Shown: positions 46,521 through 56,918, counted from the stretch's first letter. The stretch: DNA of 64,000 nucleotides from an uncultured Gammaproteobacteria bacterium (GCA_964394645.1 CAYMYC010000002.1:28105-92104); one strand, 5' to 3'. Program-made: numbers and translations. The notes: a model not told the origin generated them from the sequence alone.

Positions 46521-47819
46521 CTAATTGTTGTCTTGCACCTGATTTACATATGAAAGTCCCAAAACCATAGAGAAGAGTAACTGTCCTTGCTGAATAGTTA
46601 ATGGGTAATGGTCAAATAGCCCAACAAAAATAAATGAAAGAAGTAGCACAAGAGGTAGTTCATTAAATGAGAATAAATACTTTTCAGATTTTGCTTTTTC
46701 CCACGCTGTTGCTAATACAACGCTTAAAAAATACCCGAAAATGAATAACCCTAATAAACCAAGCTCACTTGCAATTAATAGAAAAATATTGTGAACGGGT
46801 TGCAAATACATGGTTGAAAAGCTCAATTGTTGATTTTCCTCAAAGGAATATGAATTTAATAATCCCACTCCTGTTAAAGGATTCGAGCTTAATGCATTTA
46901 TACTTACGCCTATTAATTTTTCTCTTGGCTTGATGCTGTCTATAAAACTAGTTGGATTAAAGCGCATGCCATAGAAAAAAAGATAGAAAACAGTAAAGAG
47001 AGTAAGCAAAGCAAGGAGTATATAATTTAATTTCCTCTTTTTTGTATCATGAAGAGTTACAAATCCAAATGCATACAGAAGAAACAAAAGATTAAGAAAA
47101 AGAATAACTCTTGAGAAAGTGAGAAATAACCCTGCTTGAATACATATAATTGCCGCAAAAAATAAATATCTTTTCAATTCTTTACTGTTATGCATTCCAT
47201 ATGTTGCAAAAACAGATGCAAGAAATAGAAAAAAACCTAAAACATTTGGATGGGGAAAAGTGCCATATGGGCGTACAAGAATGCCTTGGGGTAAGTTCAT
47301 GGTTGCGATTCCAATACTTAATATGTTGTAGTAACGTTCGCCAAAATAATATAAAAATCCGTTTATGGATTGTTGATTAATAAATTGGAAGACGGAAAGT
47401 GCTGATTCAAGTACCCCAGTAAGCGTAAAAAGAACGCATATTATTACTAGGTCTTTCTTTGACAGCATAGTTGCGGTAAACAATCCTAAATAGAGAAACT
47501 CAAAAAATTTGAGGATTCCAAAAAGCACTGCATATGGAGAACTTACATAAAATAATGAGACAACGCAAAGTGTAATTAATAGCAGAAATAATTTGTTTGA
47601 AAAAAATTTATAAAAAAGTGGCTTTTTTAGAACAAGAGTTATAGAAAATGTAAACAGAACAAATATTAAAATATCTGAGACGTAGAGAGCCGGGGAAAGA
47701 TAGTCAACCCTTATCCCATGTATGTATGAAAAATTTGGCCAAAAATGAGGACCAAATTGCTGGGGTAAAAAAATAATGAGAAGAAAAAAAATAAATTTGG
47801 AGATTCGTAGACGTTTCAA
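46521..47819 (-). CDS. O-antigen ligase/polymerase-like (Wzy_C) polytopic membrane protein
   Basis: About 10-12 TM helices with a large extracytoplasmic loop near the C-terminus. Confidence 0.45.
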   Translation of the reverse strand: MKRLRISKFIFFLLIIFLPQQFGPHFWPNFSYIHGIRVDYLSPALYVSDILIFVLFTFSITLVLKKPLFYKFFSNKLFLLLITLCVVSLFYVSSPYAVLFGILKFFEFLYLGLFTATMLSKKDLVIICVLFTLTGVLESALSVFQFINQQSINGFLYYFGERYYNILSIGIATMNLPQGILVRPYGTFPHPNVLGFFLFLASVFATYGMHNSKELKRYLFFAAIICIQAGLFLTFSRVILFLNLLFLLYAFGFVTLHDTKKRKLNYILLALLTLFTVFYLFFYGMRFNPTSFIDSIKPREKLIGVSINALSSNPLTGVGLLNSYSFEENQQLSFSTMYLQPVHNIFLLIASELGLLGLFIFGYFLSVVLATAWEKAKSEKYLFSFNELPLVLLLSFIFVGLFDHYPLTIQQGQLLFSMVLGLSYVNQVQDNN

Positions 47820-47834
47820 CTAGAACATTGTAGA

Positions 47835-48287
47835 TTACTTCTTTTTGATTATCAATACGCGATCACGTTCATCACCAGTAGATTCTGTCATAACCTCAGC
47901 ATCCTCAGCTAGCGTCATGTGCACATGTCTTCTCTCCCATGGCTTTAGACCTCTTACGGATTTTTCAATTCCAGTTTCAAGCACTTCTTCTTTAAGTCTT
48001 GCGGCAAGGTCTGTAAGGTATGCTTCTCGTTCTTCTCTGTATCCACCAATCTCAATAAGAATTCTTTTACCCTCAGGTAGATCTTTTGCAACCAGAATAT
48101 AAATTACATATTCAAGAGCGGATAATGTATTTCCATGTTTCCCTATAAGTAAAGCGTTATTATCTTTTGCATCTATACCTACGACAAGCGCCTCATCCCG
48201 CTCTGATACAGAGACTTCTGCCTCTATGTCCATAAGGTGCATCAGCTCTTCAATTTTTTCTGTTATTAGTTTAATGTTTTCTTCCAT
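47835..48287 (-). CDS. jag: Jag/KhpB RNA-binding protein (KH plus R3H)
   Basis: An R3H-like ending follows a KH-like core (LIGKHGNTLSALEYV), and it lies immediately downstream of yidC. Confidence 0.7.
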   Translation of the reverse strand: MEENIKLITEKIEELMHLMDIEAEVSVSERDEALVVGIDAKDNNALLIGKHGNTLSALEYVIYILVAKDLPEGKRILIEIGGYREEREAYLTDLAARLKEEVLETGIEKSVRGLKPWERRHVHMTLAEDAEVMTESTGDERDRVLIIKKK

Positions 48288-49131
48288 GTAAGTTTACTTT
48301 TTTGAACCAGGGGTGTGCGCCTCCTGCTCCGACAATCAAATATTGCTGAATTATACCAAAAATTGTGAACGTATTCCAATAGAGAGATAAGCCGAGCGGT
48401 AAATTATATGAAAAGAACGCTATCATAATTGGAAAAATAAATAATGATTGGTTTTGGAAAGCGGTTTGGAAGTCGTCACTTTTTGCGGTTTTTTTAGATG
48501 AATCTTTTCCTTTTTCTTTCTTTACGACATCATCCGGATGGGGAAGCATCATTTTAGAGAGTATAAATTGTAAAAGTCCGGTTATAAGAGGGATTAAAAG
48601 AAAAAGTGGATTTGATGGCATGAGCTTTGCCGGCGTTGAGGAAAGTAAAATACCAAAAAAGTAAACATTCCAATCTGCTTGATTAATATGTAGCCATGGG
48701 AAATATAATACCTTATTTATGCTTTTTAATGTGTTTGGGTCAGTATTTACTACGTGTGTCAAAACGTTATATAGACTCCAAATAATTGGAAGTTGAATGA
48801 GAAGAGGTAGACATCCTGCCATTGGATTTATTCCATGCTCTTTGTAAAGCTTCATAGTTTCTGCTTGTTGTTGCTTTGCGTCTCCTTTGTGCTTTTCTTT
48901 TAATGCGGCTACATGAGGAGCTATTTTCTGCATTTTGTGAGCTGATTTTATTTGTTGAGAAGTAAAAGGATACAGGACAAGTCGAATAAGAATAGTAAGA
49001 CCTATAATTGAAAAACCAAGTGGGTATGGGGCATGTACAAAAAGTAAGAGTTGGTAAATTCCGACTAGAATATTTGTGATCGGATTAATAAATAATATGT
49101 TAAAAAGTGATCCTATTGCCTGGAAGTCCAT
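48271..49131 (-). CDS. yidC: Membrane protein insertase YidC (short form)
   Basis: A 5-TM core, conserved QQ..KMQK.AP....LKEK and its position in the rnpA-yidC operon support this. Confidence 0.85.
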   Translation of the reverse strand: MDFQAIGSLFNILFINPITNILVGIYQLLLFVHAPYPLGFSIIGLTILIRLVLYPFTSQQIKSAHKMQKIAPHVAALKEKHKGDAKQQQAETMKLYKEHGINPMAGCLPLLIQLPIIWSLYNVLTHVVNTDPNTLKSINKVLYFPWLHINQADWNVYFFGILLSSTPAKLMPSNPLFLLIPLITGLLQFILSKMMLPHPDDVVKKEKGKDSSKKTAKSDDFQTAFQNQSLFIFPIMIAFFSYNLPLGLSLYWNTFTIFGIIQQYLIVGAGGAHPWFKKVNLHGRKH

Positions 49132-49133
49132 AA

Positions 49134-49448
49134 TTATTTGTTTAGTCGTGCAACAATGTGTTCCACCTCATCTATTATAGCTGATTTTTTGTACTCTTGG
49201 AAGGGTAATCTTAAAAACACAACAATCGTGTATGAGTTATGTGTATTTTTACATGTATTTATGATAGCTTCACGAACCATGCGCTTAGCCTTATTTCGTA
49301 GTACAGCTTTTTTAGATACTTTTTTCCCCGCGATTACTCCAAAGGTTGGAGTATCAGATTTCTGATATCGAAAAACAAAGAAGGGGGTAATAATTTTTTG
49401 TTTTGGGGCACCACTTTTAAAAGAAAATCTTTGAGATTTTTTAAACAT
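49134..49448 (-). CDS. rnpA: Ribonuclease P protein component
   Basis: A basic 104-aa protein with the RNR-like KAVLRNKAKR motif, between rpmH and yidC. Confidence 0.75.
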   Translation of the reverse strand: MFKKSQRFSFKSGAPKQKIITPFFVFRYQKSDTPTFGVIAGKKVSKKAVLRNKAKRMVREAIINTCKNTHNSYTIVVFLRLPFQEYKKSAIIDEVEHIVARLNK

Positions 49449-49459
49449 GAAGTAGTAAG

Positions 49460-49603
49460 TTAGTTTGAGGGAGCTAATTTCTTTCTTCCCTTAAGTCTTC
49501 TTCTTTTTAAAACCGCTTTTCCGCTGTGGGTTTTATTTCGGGACATAAATCCATGTTTTTTTATCCCCTTCACCTTTTTGTGCTTCATCCGTTTTTCAGA
49601 CAT
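49460..49603 (-). CDS. rpmH: 50S ribosomal protein L34
   Basis: Hand translation of the minus strand gives MSEKRMKHKKVKGIKKHGFMSRNKTHSGKAVLKRRRLKGRKKLAPSN (47 aa). It is absent from the ORF track because it is under 60 aa. Confidence 0.8.
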   Translation of the reverse strand: MSEKRMKHKKVKGIKKHGFMSRNKTHSGKAVLKRRRLKGRKKLAPSN

Positions 49604-49752
49604 ATGTGTATTGTACTAAATTGTAAGTCAGTTGACAATAAGCAGCCTCGGGAGTATGCAGATGAAATATAGTAACCAACTAATCCTGAGATTTTCTTAT
49701 TTCAACAATCTTTCCTCTTTTCATATAGCCTTTTTTTTGTTACTCTGAATAT

Positions 49753-50829
49753 ATGATAAAAGTAGCAATCAACGGATACGGTAGGATTGGTAGAGTAGCT
49801 CACAGAATAATTATTGAAAAACATTCAGATGAAATAGAAGTGGTTGCTATAAATGCAGGATCAAGTACTGACATGCAAGGATGGATGTATTTACTCAAGT
49901 ATGATACCACTTATGGTCCGCTTTCTCATCACGCATTATTTATACAAAAACCTGAAGAGGTAACTATCAAAACATCAACTCCCACAATAGGAGCATTGGT
50001 AGTAGACGACAAGATAATTCCATTTTTTTCCGAAAAAGATCCGACCAAACTTCCATGGAAAGAGTTAGATGTGGATGTGGTAATAGAGTCAACTGGAGCA
50101 TTTACAACACCAGAAAAAATTCAACCCCATCTTGATTCCGGTGCAAAGTCTATTGTCTTGTCAGCTCCCTTTAAGGATGAGGCGGCTTCTGCCACCTATG
50201 TATTAGGGGTAAACTTAGACCCTGATAAAACGGATAATTTGGAAAATGTAATAAGTAATGCATCATGTACGACAAATTGCATAGCCCCCGTTGCAGCAGT
50301 TATGGAGCACGCATTTGGAATAGAGAAGGCGATGATGACAACTATTCACAGTTATACTTCAGATCAAAGAGTGCAAGACGGTGGACATAAGGATTATAGG
50401 CGGGCACGTGCAGCAGCTCAAAACATTATTCCTACATCAACCGGGGCAGCTAAGGCCGCAGCTAAGGCAATACCATCTCTTGAAGGGATATTTAATGGCC
50501 TTGCAGTACGAGTCCCGACAGTTGTAGGATCTTTATCAGATTTTACTTTTTTACTTAAAAAAAATGTTACCGTTGAGGAGGTAAACTCAGAATTTAAAAA
50601 TGCTGCCGATACGCCCAAATGGAAGGGAATATTAAGAGCTACAACTGACCCAATTGTTTCAAGCGATATTATTGGTGATTCACATTCATCAATTGTCGAT
50701 CTTTCATTGACACAAGTAGTAGGAGGCAATATGGTAAAGGTTATTGCTTGGTATGACAATGAATTTGGGTACGCAAACAGGCTTGTTGAAGAGACTGTTG
50801 TCCTCGGAAAAAAATATCAGACAAAATAA
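49753..50829 (+). CDS. gap: Glyceraldehyde-3-phosphate dehydrogenase
   Basis: NGYGRIGR and the catalytic SCTTNC are present. Confidence 0.9.
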   Translation: MIKVAINGYGRIGRVAHRIIIEKHSDEIEVVAINAGSSTDMQGWMYLLKYDTTYGPLSHHALFIQKPEEVTIKTSTPTIGALVVDDKIIPFFSEKDPTKLPWKELDVDVVIESTGAFTTPEKIQPHLDSGAKSIVLSAPFKDEAASATYVLGVNLDPDKTDNLENVISNASCTTNCIAPVAAVMEHAFGIEKAMMTTIHSYTSDQRVQDGGHKDYRRARAAAQNIIPTSTGAAKAAAKAIPSLEGIFNGLAVRVPTVVGSLSDFTFLLKKNVTVEEVNSEFKNAADTPKWKGILRATTDPIVSSDIIGDSHSSIVDLSLTQVVGGNMVKVIAWYDNEFGYANRLVEETVVLGKKYQTK

Positions 50830-50895
50830 TTACTAATTGACCTAATTACTAAATAATGATTTAATACCCAATTATCTCAAGCACTATTAAAAAAT

Positions 50896-51465
50896 ATGAA
50901 GGACACAAGAATAATTACTGTTTCAGGAAGAATTGGAGCAGGCTCAACAACTCTAGCAAATGGAATAGCACACCATTTGGGTTGGAAGCACATAGAAGGT
51001 GGAGAAATATTTTGGGAAGCGATACGTTCTAAAATGAATGTTGACGCGAAGGATACACATCTTCGTCCAGATGAGGAAGATGCGCTTTTTGATGAGCAGC
51101 TTAAAAAAATTCTTAAAGAAAATAGAAACATTGTATTGGAGACAAAACTTGCAGGTTATAATGCGCAAGGAGTTGACGGTGTTTTTAAAATACTGGTTAT
51201 ATGTGAAGATAGAGTGGGAGTAGACCAGACTCAAATGAGAATTGATAGATTAGTAAATCGTGAAGGAAAAGCTATGGAAGATGCAAAAAAAGAAGTTCTA
51301 GAAAGAGAGAAAAACGATTTAGCAAAGTGGAGGCATATGTATGCTCATGATGATCAGGACTGGGTATATTTTGATCCTAAATATTATGATTTTGTGATTA
51401 ACACCTTTGAGCATAGCAAGGAAGAGACTTTAAAAATTGTGCAAGACGTTCTTGAGAAAAAATAG
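50896..51465 (+). CDS. Cytidylate-kinase-like P-loop NMP kinase family protein
   Basis: ITVSGRIGAGSTTLANGIAHHLG is a P-loop in a CMP-kinase-like context. Confidence 0.5.
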   Translation: MKDTRIITVSGRIGAGSTTLANGIAHHLGWKHIEGGEIFWEAIRSKMNVDAKDTHLRPDEEDALFDEQLKKILKENRNIVLETKLAGYNAQGVDGVFKILVICEDRVGVDQTQMRIDRLVNREGKAMEDAKKEVLEREKNDLAKWRHMYAHDDQDWVYFDPKYYDFVINTFEHSKEETLKIVQDVLEKK

Positions 51466-51483
51466 GACCTTGGGGTTTTCGCC

Positions 51484-51945
51484 TTAGCTTCTTTGGTTTT
51501 TTATCCATTTTCTATAAAAATCTTCCCGTTTTATTTCTCTTTCAGATTTTCTTTTCCATGCTGCGTCCATTTGCCAGTTAACCTCTTCTCCTAGAGAAGG
51601 GTTATGTGTTTCGATATAATTCATAGACTCTACAACAAATTTCACACCAGAATCATTTCCCGGAAGTGTGTCGGCAAGACCATCTGCTAGTTGCTCTATT
51701 TTTGCATAAATTTTATCTGCAGCATTTCCTGAAATTACGGTTTTATACCTCCTCATTTCTTCTGTGAATATGACAAATATTTCTTCGCTTGAAGTGTTGG
51801 TAAGAATAGTTGAGGTTTGAATAGGTATGTCTTTAGTTGTTATTAAAGTTCTTCGTTCTCTTCTTATAGGTTCTGTTGCTTTTATAAGCCTTAGTTTTAG
51901 CTCTTTGACATTTGGCTCTATTTGCTTTGGCGGTTTCTCAGACAT
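51484..51945 (-). CDS. Hypothetical protein
   Basis: A clean 153-aa ORF with no recognised motif. Confidence 0.3.
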   Translation of the reverse strand: MSEKPPKQIEPNVKELKLRLIKATEPIRRERRTLITTKDIPIQTSTILTNTSSEEIFVIFTEEMRRYKTVISGNAADKIYAKIEQLADGLADTLPGNDSGVKFVVESMNYIETHNPSLGEEVNWQMDAAWKRKSEREIKREDFYRKWIKNQRS

Positions 51946-52265
51946 GGGTAGATTATATCATTTAGTTAGTTGTGTGTGAAAATTTGAAAGGGTATTTTAT
52001 TATCAATGTATGAGTGAAGTCTCATCTAAAGAAGCGCTATCTGTAAATGCATCAAAACCAGAAGATAAAAAAAATCCAACTGAGCCCAAGAGAGAGGGTT
52101 GACGTCCGCACTTGTACTATCAACTGTTGACAAAAGTGCATCGGGTAAATTATTTGCAAGGTCAACACCAATAACATTTTTATATAGTGGTGCGTTGGAT
52201 ATGAGTCAAAACCCTCTTTATGACTATACAAATACTCCTTTTGACACACCATAAAGTATTGAAAA

Positions 52266-53321
52266 TTACTCAAGTACGCTTATTCCCGGGAGTTTTTTGC
52301 CTGATAGAAATTCTAACATTGCACCTCCACCAGTTGAAATAAAAGAAAAACTACCCAACATGTTGTGCTCTCTTAGCAGTGTTAATGAGTCTCCTCCACC
52401 AACTACCGTATATGCATCTGATTCAGCAATTGCCTTAGCAATTTTTAGAGTATTTGCCTCTGTTTGAGAGTTGCCCATCTTGCCAACCGGTCCATTCCAT
52501 ACAATAGTTTTGGCAAGAGCGAGAATTTGTATAAAGTTTTCTGTGTCTTTTTCTGTGATGTCTTCACCGTTTGGAGTATTATCTGCTACCAATACAGCAG
52601 ATTTTTGACCACTAATTTTTTCATGTTGAACTTTGATTAGAGTTTTTGTTTCATCGGCAATTTTACCCCCTACTAGTACATAGTCTGCTGTGTGGTGCAT
52701 TTTTTCTACCATAGGAAGTTTTGTTTCAATTTTTGCTCCTCCAATAAGAACTGCAAGTGGGCGTTTTGGATTTTTCATAATATTCTCCAATGTTTTCACT
52801 TCTTTTTGAAAATGAAATCCTGCATATGAGGGGAGTAGTTTTGCTAAGCCAACGGTTGTTGCATGCGCCCTATGAGAAACTGCGAAAGCTTCATTTACAA
52901 AAATATCTCCAAGACCTGCCAATTTTTTTGCAAACGCTTTATCGTCTTTCTCCTCACCTTCGTAAAAGCGAACGTTCTCAAGAAGGAATAAGTTGTCTTT
53001 AATTTGCCAACAGGGAAATTCATTTAATGTTTCCTGTTTAATTTCCCCTCCAAAATGCTCCGCATACCACTTGGCTACGATTTCTAAGGTGAGTTTGAGA
53101 GTTACCTTTCCGTCCGGTCGTCCTAAGTGTCCAATAAGAACTGCAATTCCTCCGTGACTTATTATATATTTAATAGTTTCTAGTGAAGACAAAAGTCTTG
53201 TGTCGTCAAGGATGAAGTCATTTTTAATATCTACATCTGAATCAATTCTTACAAGTACAGTTTTATTCTGAAAATTGGATACATCTGAAATGCTTTTGAG
53301 TGTCATAGTACTTTTATACAC
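52266..53321 (-). CDS. pgk: Phosphoglycerate kinase
   Basis: The N-terminal domain is VLVRIDSDV, the hinge follows, and the C-terminal end is GGGAMLEFLSGKKLPGI. Confidence 0.85.
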   Translation of the reverse strand: MYKSTMTLKSISDVSNFQNKTVLVRIDSDVDIKNDFILDDTRLLSSLETIKYIISHGGIAVLIGHLGRPDGKVTLKLTLEIVAKWYAEHFGGEIKQETLNEFPCWQIKDNLFLLENVRFYEGEEKDDKAFAKKLAGLGDIFVNEAFAVSHRAHATTVGLAKLLPSYAGFHFQKEVKTLENIMKNPKRPLAVLIGGAKIETKLPMVEKMHHTADYVLVGGKIADETKTLIKVQHEKISGQKSAVLVADNTPNGEDITEKDTENFIQILALAKTIVWNGPVGKMGNSQTEANTLKIAKAIAESDAYTVVGGGDSLTLLREHNMLGSFSFISTGGGAMLEFLSGKKLPGISVLE

Positions 53322-53330
53322 AAATAATGT

Positions 53331-55745
53331 TTACTGGGCAAGTGCTGTTGCCGGTTTTGTGGGTGATGGGGTAATAGGGGTATATCTACATCCACCCTCT
53401 GTTCCTTTAAGAAAATACATCTCAAATCCGTAGCAAGATTTTTTGGTCAGACTGTCGGGGATAAGAAGTGGACCTTCATTTCTTGTTTCAAGGAGGCTGG
53501 TAATAATTCTGTTCCACATGGGAGCGGCTCCTGTTATTCCAGATGCTAATGCTTGGCTCATGGGAGAATTGTCATTGTTGCCTACCCAGGTTGCAACTAC
53601 TAGATTGGGAGTAAATCCTACGGTCCAATTGTCTCGTTTATTGTCTGTTGTCCCCGTTTTAACAGATACTCTGTGATTTGGTACATTTAACGGAGAATTG
53701 CTGCCAAACTCAATTGATCTTGCCCTGTTATCTGACAAGATGTCTGAAATAATAAATGCAACACCAGCGTCTAGTACTTGGGATCCTTGGGGTATTTTTT
53801 TATAAAGTTCGTTTCCGAACGAATCAGTAATTGAAAGAATCGGATCCATATCAACCCGTTTTCCAGAATTTGCAACTGTTCCGTAAACATTTGCAAGATT
53901 TAACATTGTAGTTTCAGCTCCGCCCAAAGTTATTGATAGACCATATTTTTCAGGTTCATTCCAGGTTTTTATACCCATCCGCTTTCCTTGTTCAATGATA
54001 TTTTCCACTCCCATTTTTTGAGCAACCCGTACTGCAGGAATATTGAGCGAATTTGCAAACGCTAAACGTAAGGGTACATTCCCTCTATAGCTTCCGTCGT
54101 AATTGACGGGAGTGTAAGCAGGACCCTGTGCGGGAGTTATGGTAAGAGGAGAGTCATCTAACATTGTCGCCTGTGTGTATCCTGATGAGAGAGCAAGAGC
54201 ATAGGTTACGATTTTAATCGTAGATCCTGGTTGACGCAGCGAGGTGACTAAATTTACATTTCCATCATGTTCCGTGTCAAAGTAATCTTTTGAGCCAACC
54301 ATAGCAAGCACATCACCGTTTCTTGGATCTGTAACTACTGATGCACCGTTTGATATGTTAAGCGCTGCGTTCCCATCTACTTCATTTTTTACAATTTCCT
54401 GTACCTTATTCTGCATTTTCATATCAAGAGATGTTTTTACCTGGAGTCCTCCATGTTCTACTTCAGATAGACCATATTTTTGAACGAGTAGATCTTTTAT
54501 GTACATTACAAAGTGTGGTGCTTTAATCCCTACGCGTGAACCTGCAAAAATAAGCTTTTTGTCATATGCTTCATCTGATTGTTTTTTACTAATTGCTCCC
54601 ATTCTTACCATTGCTGACAATACATCTTTCTGTCTCTTTTTCCACAGAGTGGGGGTTGTAGAGTAGGGAGAATATATACTGGGTGCCCTGGGAATACCTG
54701 CAAGAAAGGCAGATTCAGCAAGGTCTAACTTTTCTACTGATTTGCCAAAATATATTTCACTTGCAGCCTGAACTCCCCATGCTGTTCCTCCATAAGGCAC
54801 ATAATTGAAGTAAAGTCCTAATATCTGTTCCTTGCTGTAAACTCGTTCTGCCCAAAATGCCAAAAGAACTTCCTTCACTTTCCGCGTAATTGTTGGTTCA
54901 GGAGTAAGAAGGGATGACTTTATGAGCTGCTGTGTAATTGTTGATCCACCCTGAAGATCATTGTGTTTCAGGTTTGAAACGAGTGCGCGTAGCATGCCTC
55001 TCACATCAAAACCTGGGTGCGTATAAAAATCTCTATCCTCAATTGCGATTGTTGCTTGCTGGAGATGTTTGGGGATCTTGCCAAGTGGGACAATTGATCT
55101 GTTTTGATTTGCGAATATCTCATAAAGTAGTACTCCATTTCTGTCATAAATTTTTGTAGTTTTGGGTATGTACGTTGTTGAAATTCCAGACGGATTTGGA
55201 AGGTCAGAGAGAAAGACCAGAGCAACTAGTGGGAGGAAAATAAAAATTGATGCAAAAATTACTCCCCAGAAAAAAATTTTGAATCTGTACCAAAAGGAAG
55301 GGCGTCCCCTATGCGCTTTCCGTAATTTTTTCTCTTCTGATAAAATTTTTTGCTCCAAGATAAACTCATCGCGTTTTTGTTTTTCATATTCGTAAAGCAT
55401 TACAAATGGATACGTCACAAACTTAAAAAGCTTTTTCGTTTTTTTAATGACTTTTTTGGTGTAGTGTTTAATGTAATAGTTGTGTTTTCTTTTTGTTTTA
55501 AATAATATCTGCTTTTTTTTAAGTCGGTGATTTTTATTCTGTAACATTAGATGGGGAAGTCTTGAAGGGTTTTTGTAAATCTTTATTAATGTTCTGTGGC
55601 TTTTTATAAAAATTCTTCCCAAGTGAGATAAAAGGTAAAGCACGCTATCCCCAATTAAAATGAGGATCCAAATAAGAAGATAAAAAAGATCTACTATAAG
55701 TCTCATGGCGCTCCCAATTATCCGATTCATTCGGATAGAGTACAC
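53331..55745 (-). CDS. Second class A penicillin-binding protein with an approximately 170-aa basic N-terminal cytoplasmic extension
   Basis: The GT51 motifs are EDRDFYTHPGFD and GGSTITQQL. The transpeptidase motifs are PGSTIKI (SxxK) and KTGTT. Confidence 0.8.
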   Translation of the reverse strand: MYSIRMNRIIGSAMRLIVDLFYLLIWILILIGDSVLYLLSHLGRIFIKSHRTLIKIYKNPSRLPHLMLQNKNHRLKKKQILFKTKRKHNYYIKHYTKKVIKKTKKLFKFVTYPFVMLYEYEKQKRDEFILEQKILSEEKKLRKAHRGRPSFWYRFKIFFWGVIFASIFIFLPLVALVFLSDLPNPSGISTTYIPKTTKIYDRNGVLLYEIFANQNRSIVPLGKIPKHLQQATIAIEDRDFYTHPGFDVRGMLRALVSNLKHNDLQGGSTITQQLIKSSLLTPEPTITRKVKEVLLAFWAERVYSKEQILGLYFNYVPYGGTAWGVQAASEIYFGKSVEKLDLAESAFLAGIPRAPSIYSPYSTTPTLWKKRQKDVLSAMVRMGAISKKQSDEAYDKKLIFAGSRVGIKAPHFVMYIKDLLVQKYGLSEVEHGGLQVKTSLDMKMQNKVQEIVKNEVDGNAALNISNGASVVTDPRNGDVLAMVGSKDYFDTEHDGNVNLVTSLRQPGSTIKIVTYALALSSGYTQATMLDDSPLTITPAQGPAYTPVNYDGSYRGNVPLRLAFANSLNIPAVRVAQKMGVENIIEQGKRMGIKTWNEPEKYGLSITLGGAETTMLNLANVYGTVANSGKRVDMDPILSITDSFGNELYKKIPQGSQVLDAGVAFIISDILSDNRARSIEFGSNSPLNVPNHRVSVKTGTTDNKRDNWTVGFTPNLVVATWVGNNDNSPMSQALASGITGAAPMWNRIITSLLETRNEGPLLIPDSLTKKSCYGFEMYFLKGTEGGCRYTPITPSPTKPATALAQ

Positions 55746-55937
55746 CTATCGGATAAAACAGGGGAATTTGAATCAGATTATACTGAAGGGATAATATGGA
55801 CGCAAGTGGTAAAAATGTTTGAGCCATGGGTTCTTACGACCTCATACTAGAGGTTCAGTTTTAAAATGTACACAACAAGCATCAGTTGCAAAATTGCAAT
55901 CATACATATTAGAATAAAAGTGCCTCAAAAATATTAT

Positions 55938-56912
55938 ATGTGTACGCTTGTTGTCGGGTCATCTGATATAGACATATTTCTTTCACCAGAGTCAAACACT
56001 TCATATACTCAAACTGATAAAGAAGTTTCTTTTGGACTAGGGGATAAAATTCCCATAAAACTTTCAGAAATGAAACTAGGGGGGAACGGTTCAAATGTTT
56101 CAGTAGGACTTAAAAAGCTCGGTCTTGATGTATCCTTTTATACATATATGGGTGAAGATGTGTTGGGGCATCAGATGAGGGAGACTATTGAGCAGGCGGG
56201 GATAGATCTTATAGAGAGTAAATTAAAAACGAAAAGCTCTTCATTATCTCTTATTTTTGATTTTTCCAAAGACAGAGTTATATTCTCGCATCATGAGGTA
56301 CTTCCTTACGACTTTGACGCAACACGAGTGAGCGATATTCAATCTTTATATTTGACATCAATTGGGGAAGACTGGCAGAAGGCGTATAAAGACGTTTTAT
56401 TATATGTTCAGTCGCACCCCTTATTATTAGCATTTTCTCCAGGCTCACATCAGTTGAAGGACAGCAACGATGTTATTTTTGAGGTATTAGCAGCATCAAA
56501 AATTTTATTTGTAAATAAAGAAGAAGGTGAGAGATTGCTTGCCAAGAAAAAAGAAGTAGCAGGCGACATGCGCGAATTATTGTATAAGTTGTCTCAGTTT
56601 GGTCCAGACATAGTTTCTGTTACTGATGCTCAAAATGGAGCGTATAGTTACTCAGAAAACGCATATTACGCTATCCCCTCATATGACGAAAATCTACGCT
56701 CTATTGATAAAACAGGCGCAGGAGATTCATATGCATCTGCTTTTTTTGGCGCACTTTTACTAGGCAAAAATATAAAAACTGCAATGGCTTGGGGAGCAGT
56801 AAATGCGCAAGGTGTTATGAGTAAAGTTGGTGCTCAAGATGGACTCTTGACGAAAGATAAAATTGAAAGTATGCTAGTTGCGCGTTCAGATTTTCAGGTG
56901 ATGCAGATATAA
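55938..56912 (+). CDS. PfkB-family carbohydrate kinase (ribokinase-like)
   Basis: The C-terminal DKTGAGDSYASAF is the PfkB signature 2. Confidence 0.7.
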   Translation: MCTLVVGSSDIDIFLSPESNTSYTQTDKEVSFGLGDKIPIKLSEMKLGGNGSNVSVGLKKLGLDVSFYTYMGEDVLGHQMRETIEQAGIDLIESKLKTKSSSLSLIFDFSKDRVIFSHHEVLPYDFDATRVSDIQSLYLTSIGEDWQKAYKDVLLYVQSHPLLLAFSPGSHQLKDSNDVIFEVLAASKILFVNKEEGERLLAKKKEVAGDMRELLYKLSQFGPDIVSVTDAQNGAYSYSENAYYAIPSYDENLRSIDKTGAGDSYASAFFGALLLGKNIKTAMAWGAVNAQGVMSKVGAQDGLLTKDKIESMLVARSDFQVMQI

Positions 56913-56918
56913 AAAACC

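Noticed and set aside
50827-50870. Direct repeat TAATTACTAA twice and TTGACC-17-TTTAAT downstream of gap
   Set aside because: It could be the promoter of the cytidylate-kinase-like gene, but the repeat is short and AT-rich and the -10 is a 5/6 match only. The evidence is insufficient to list it as a feature.
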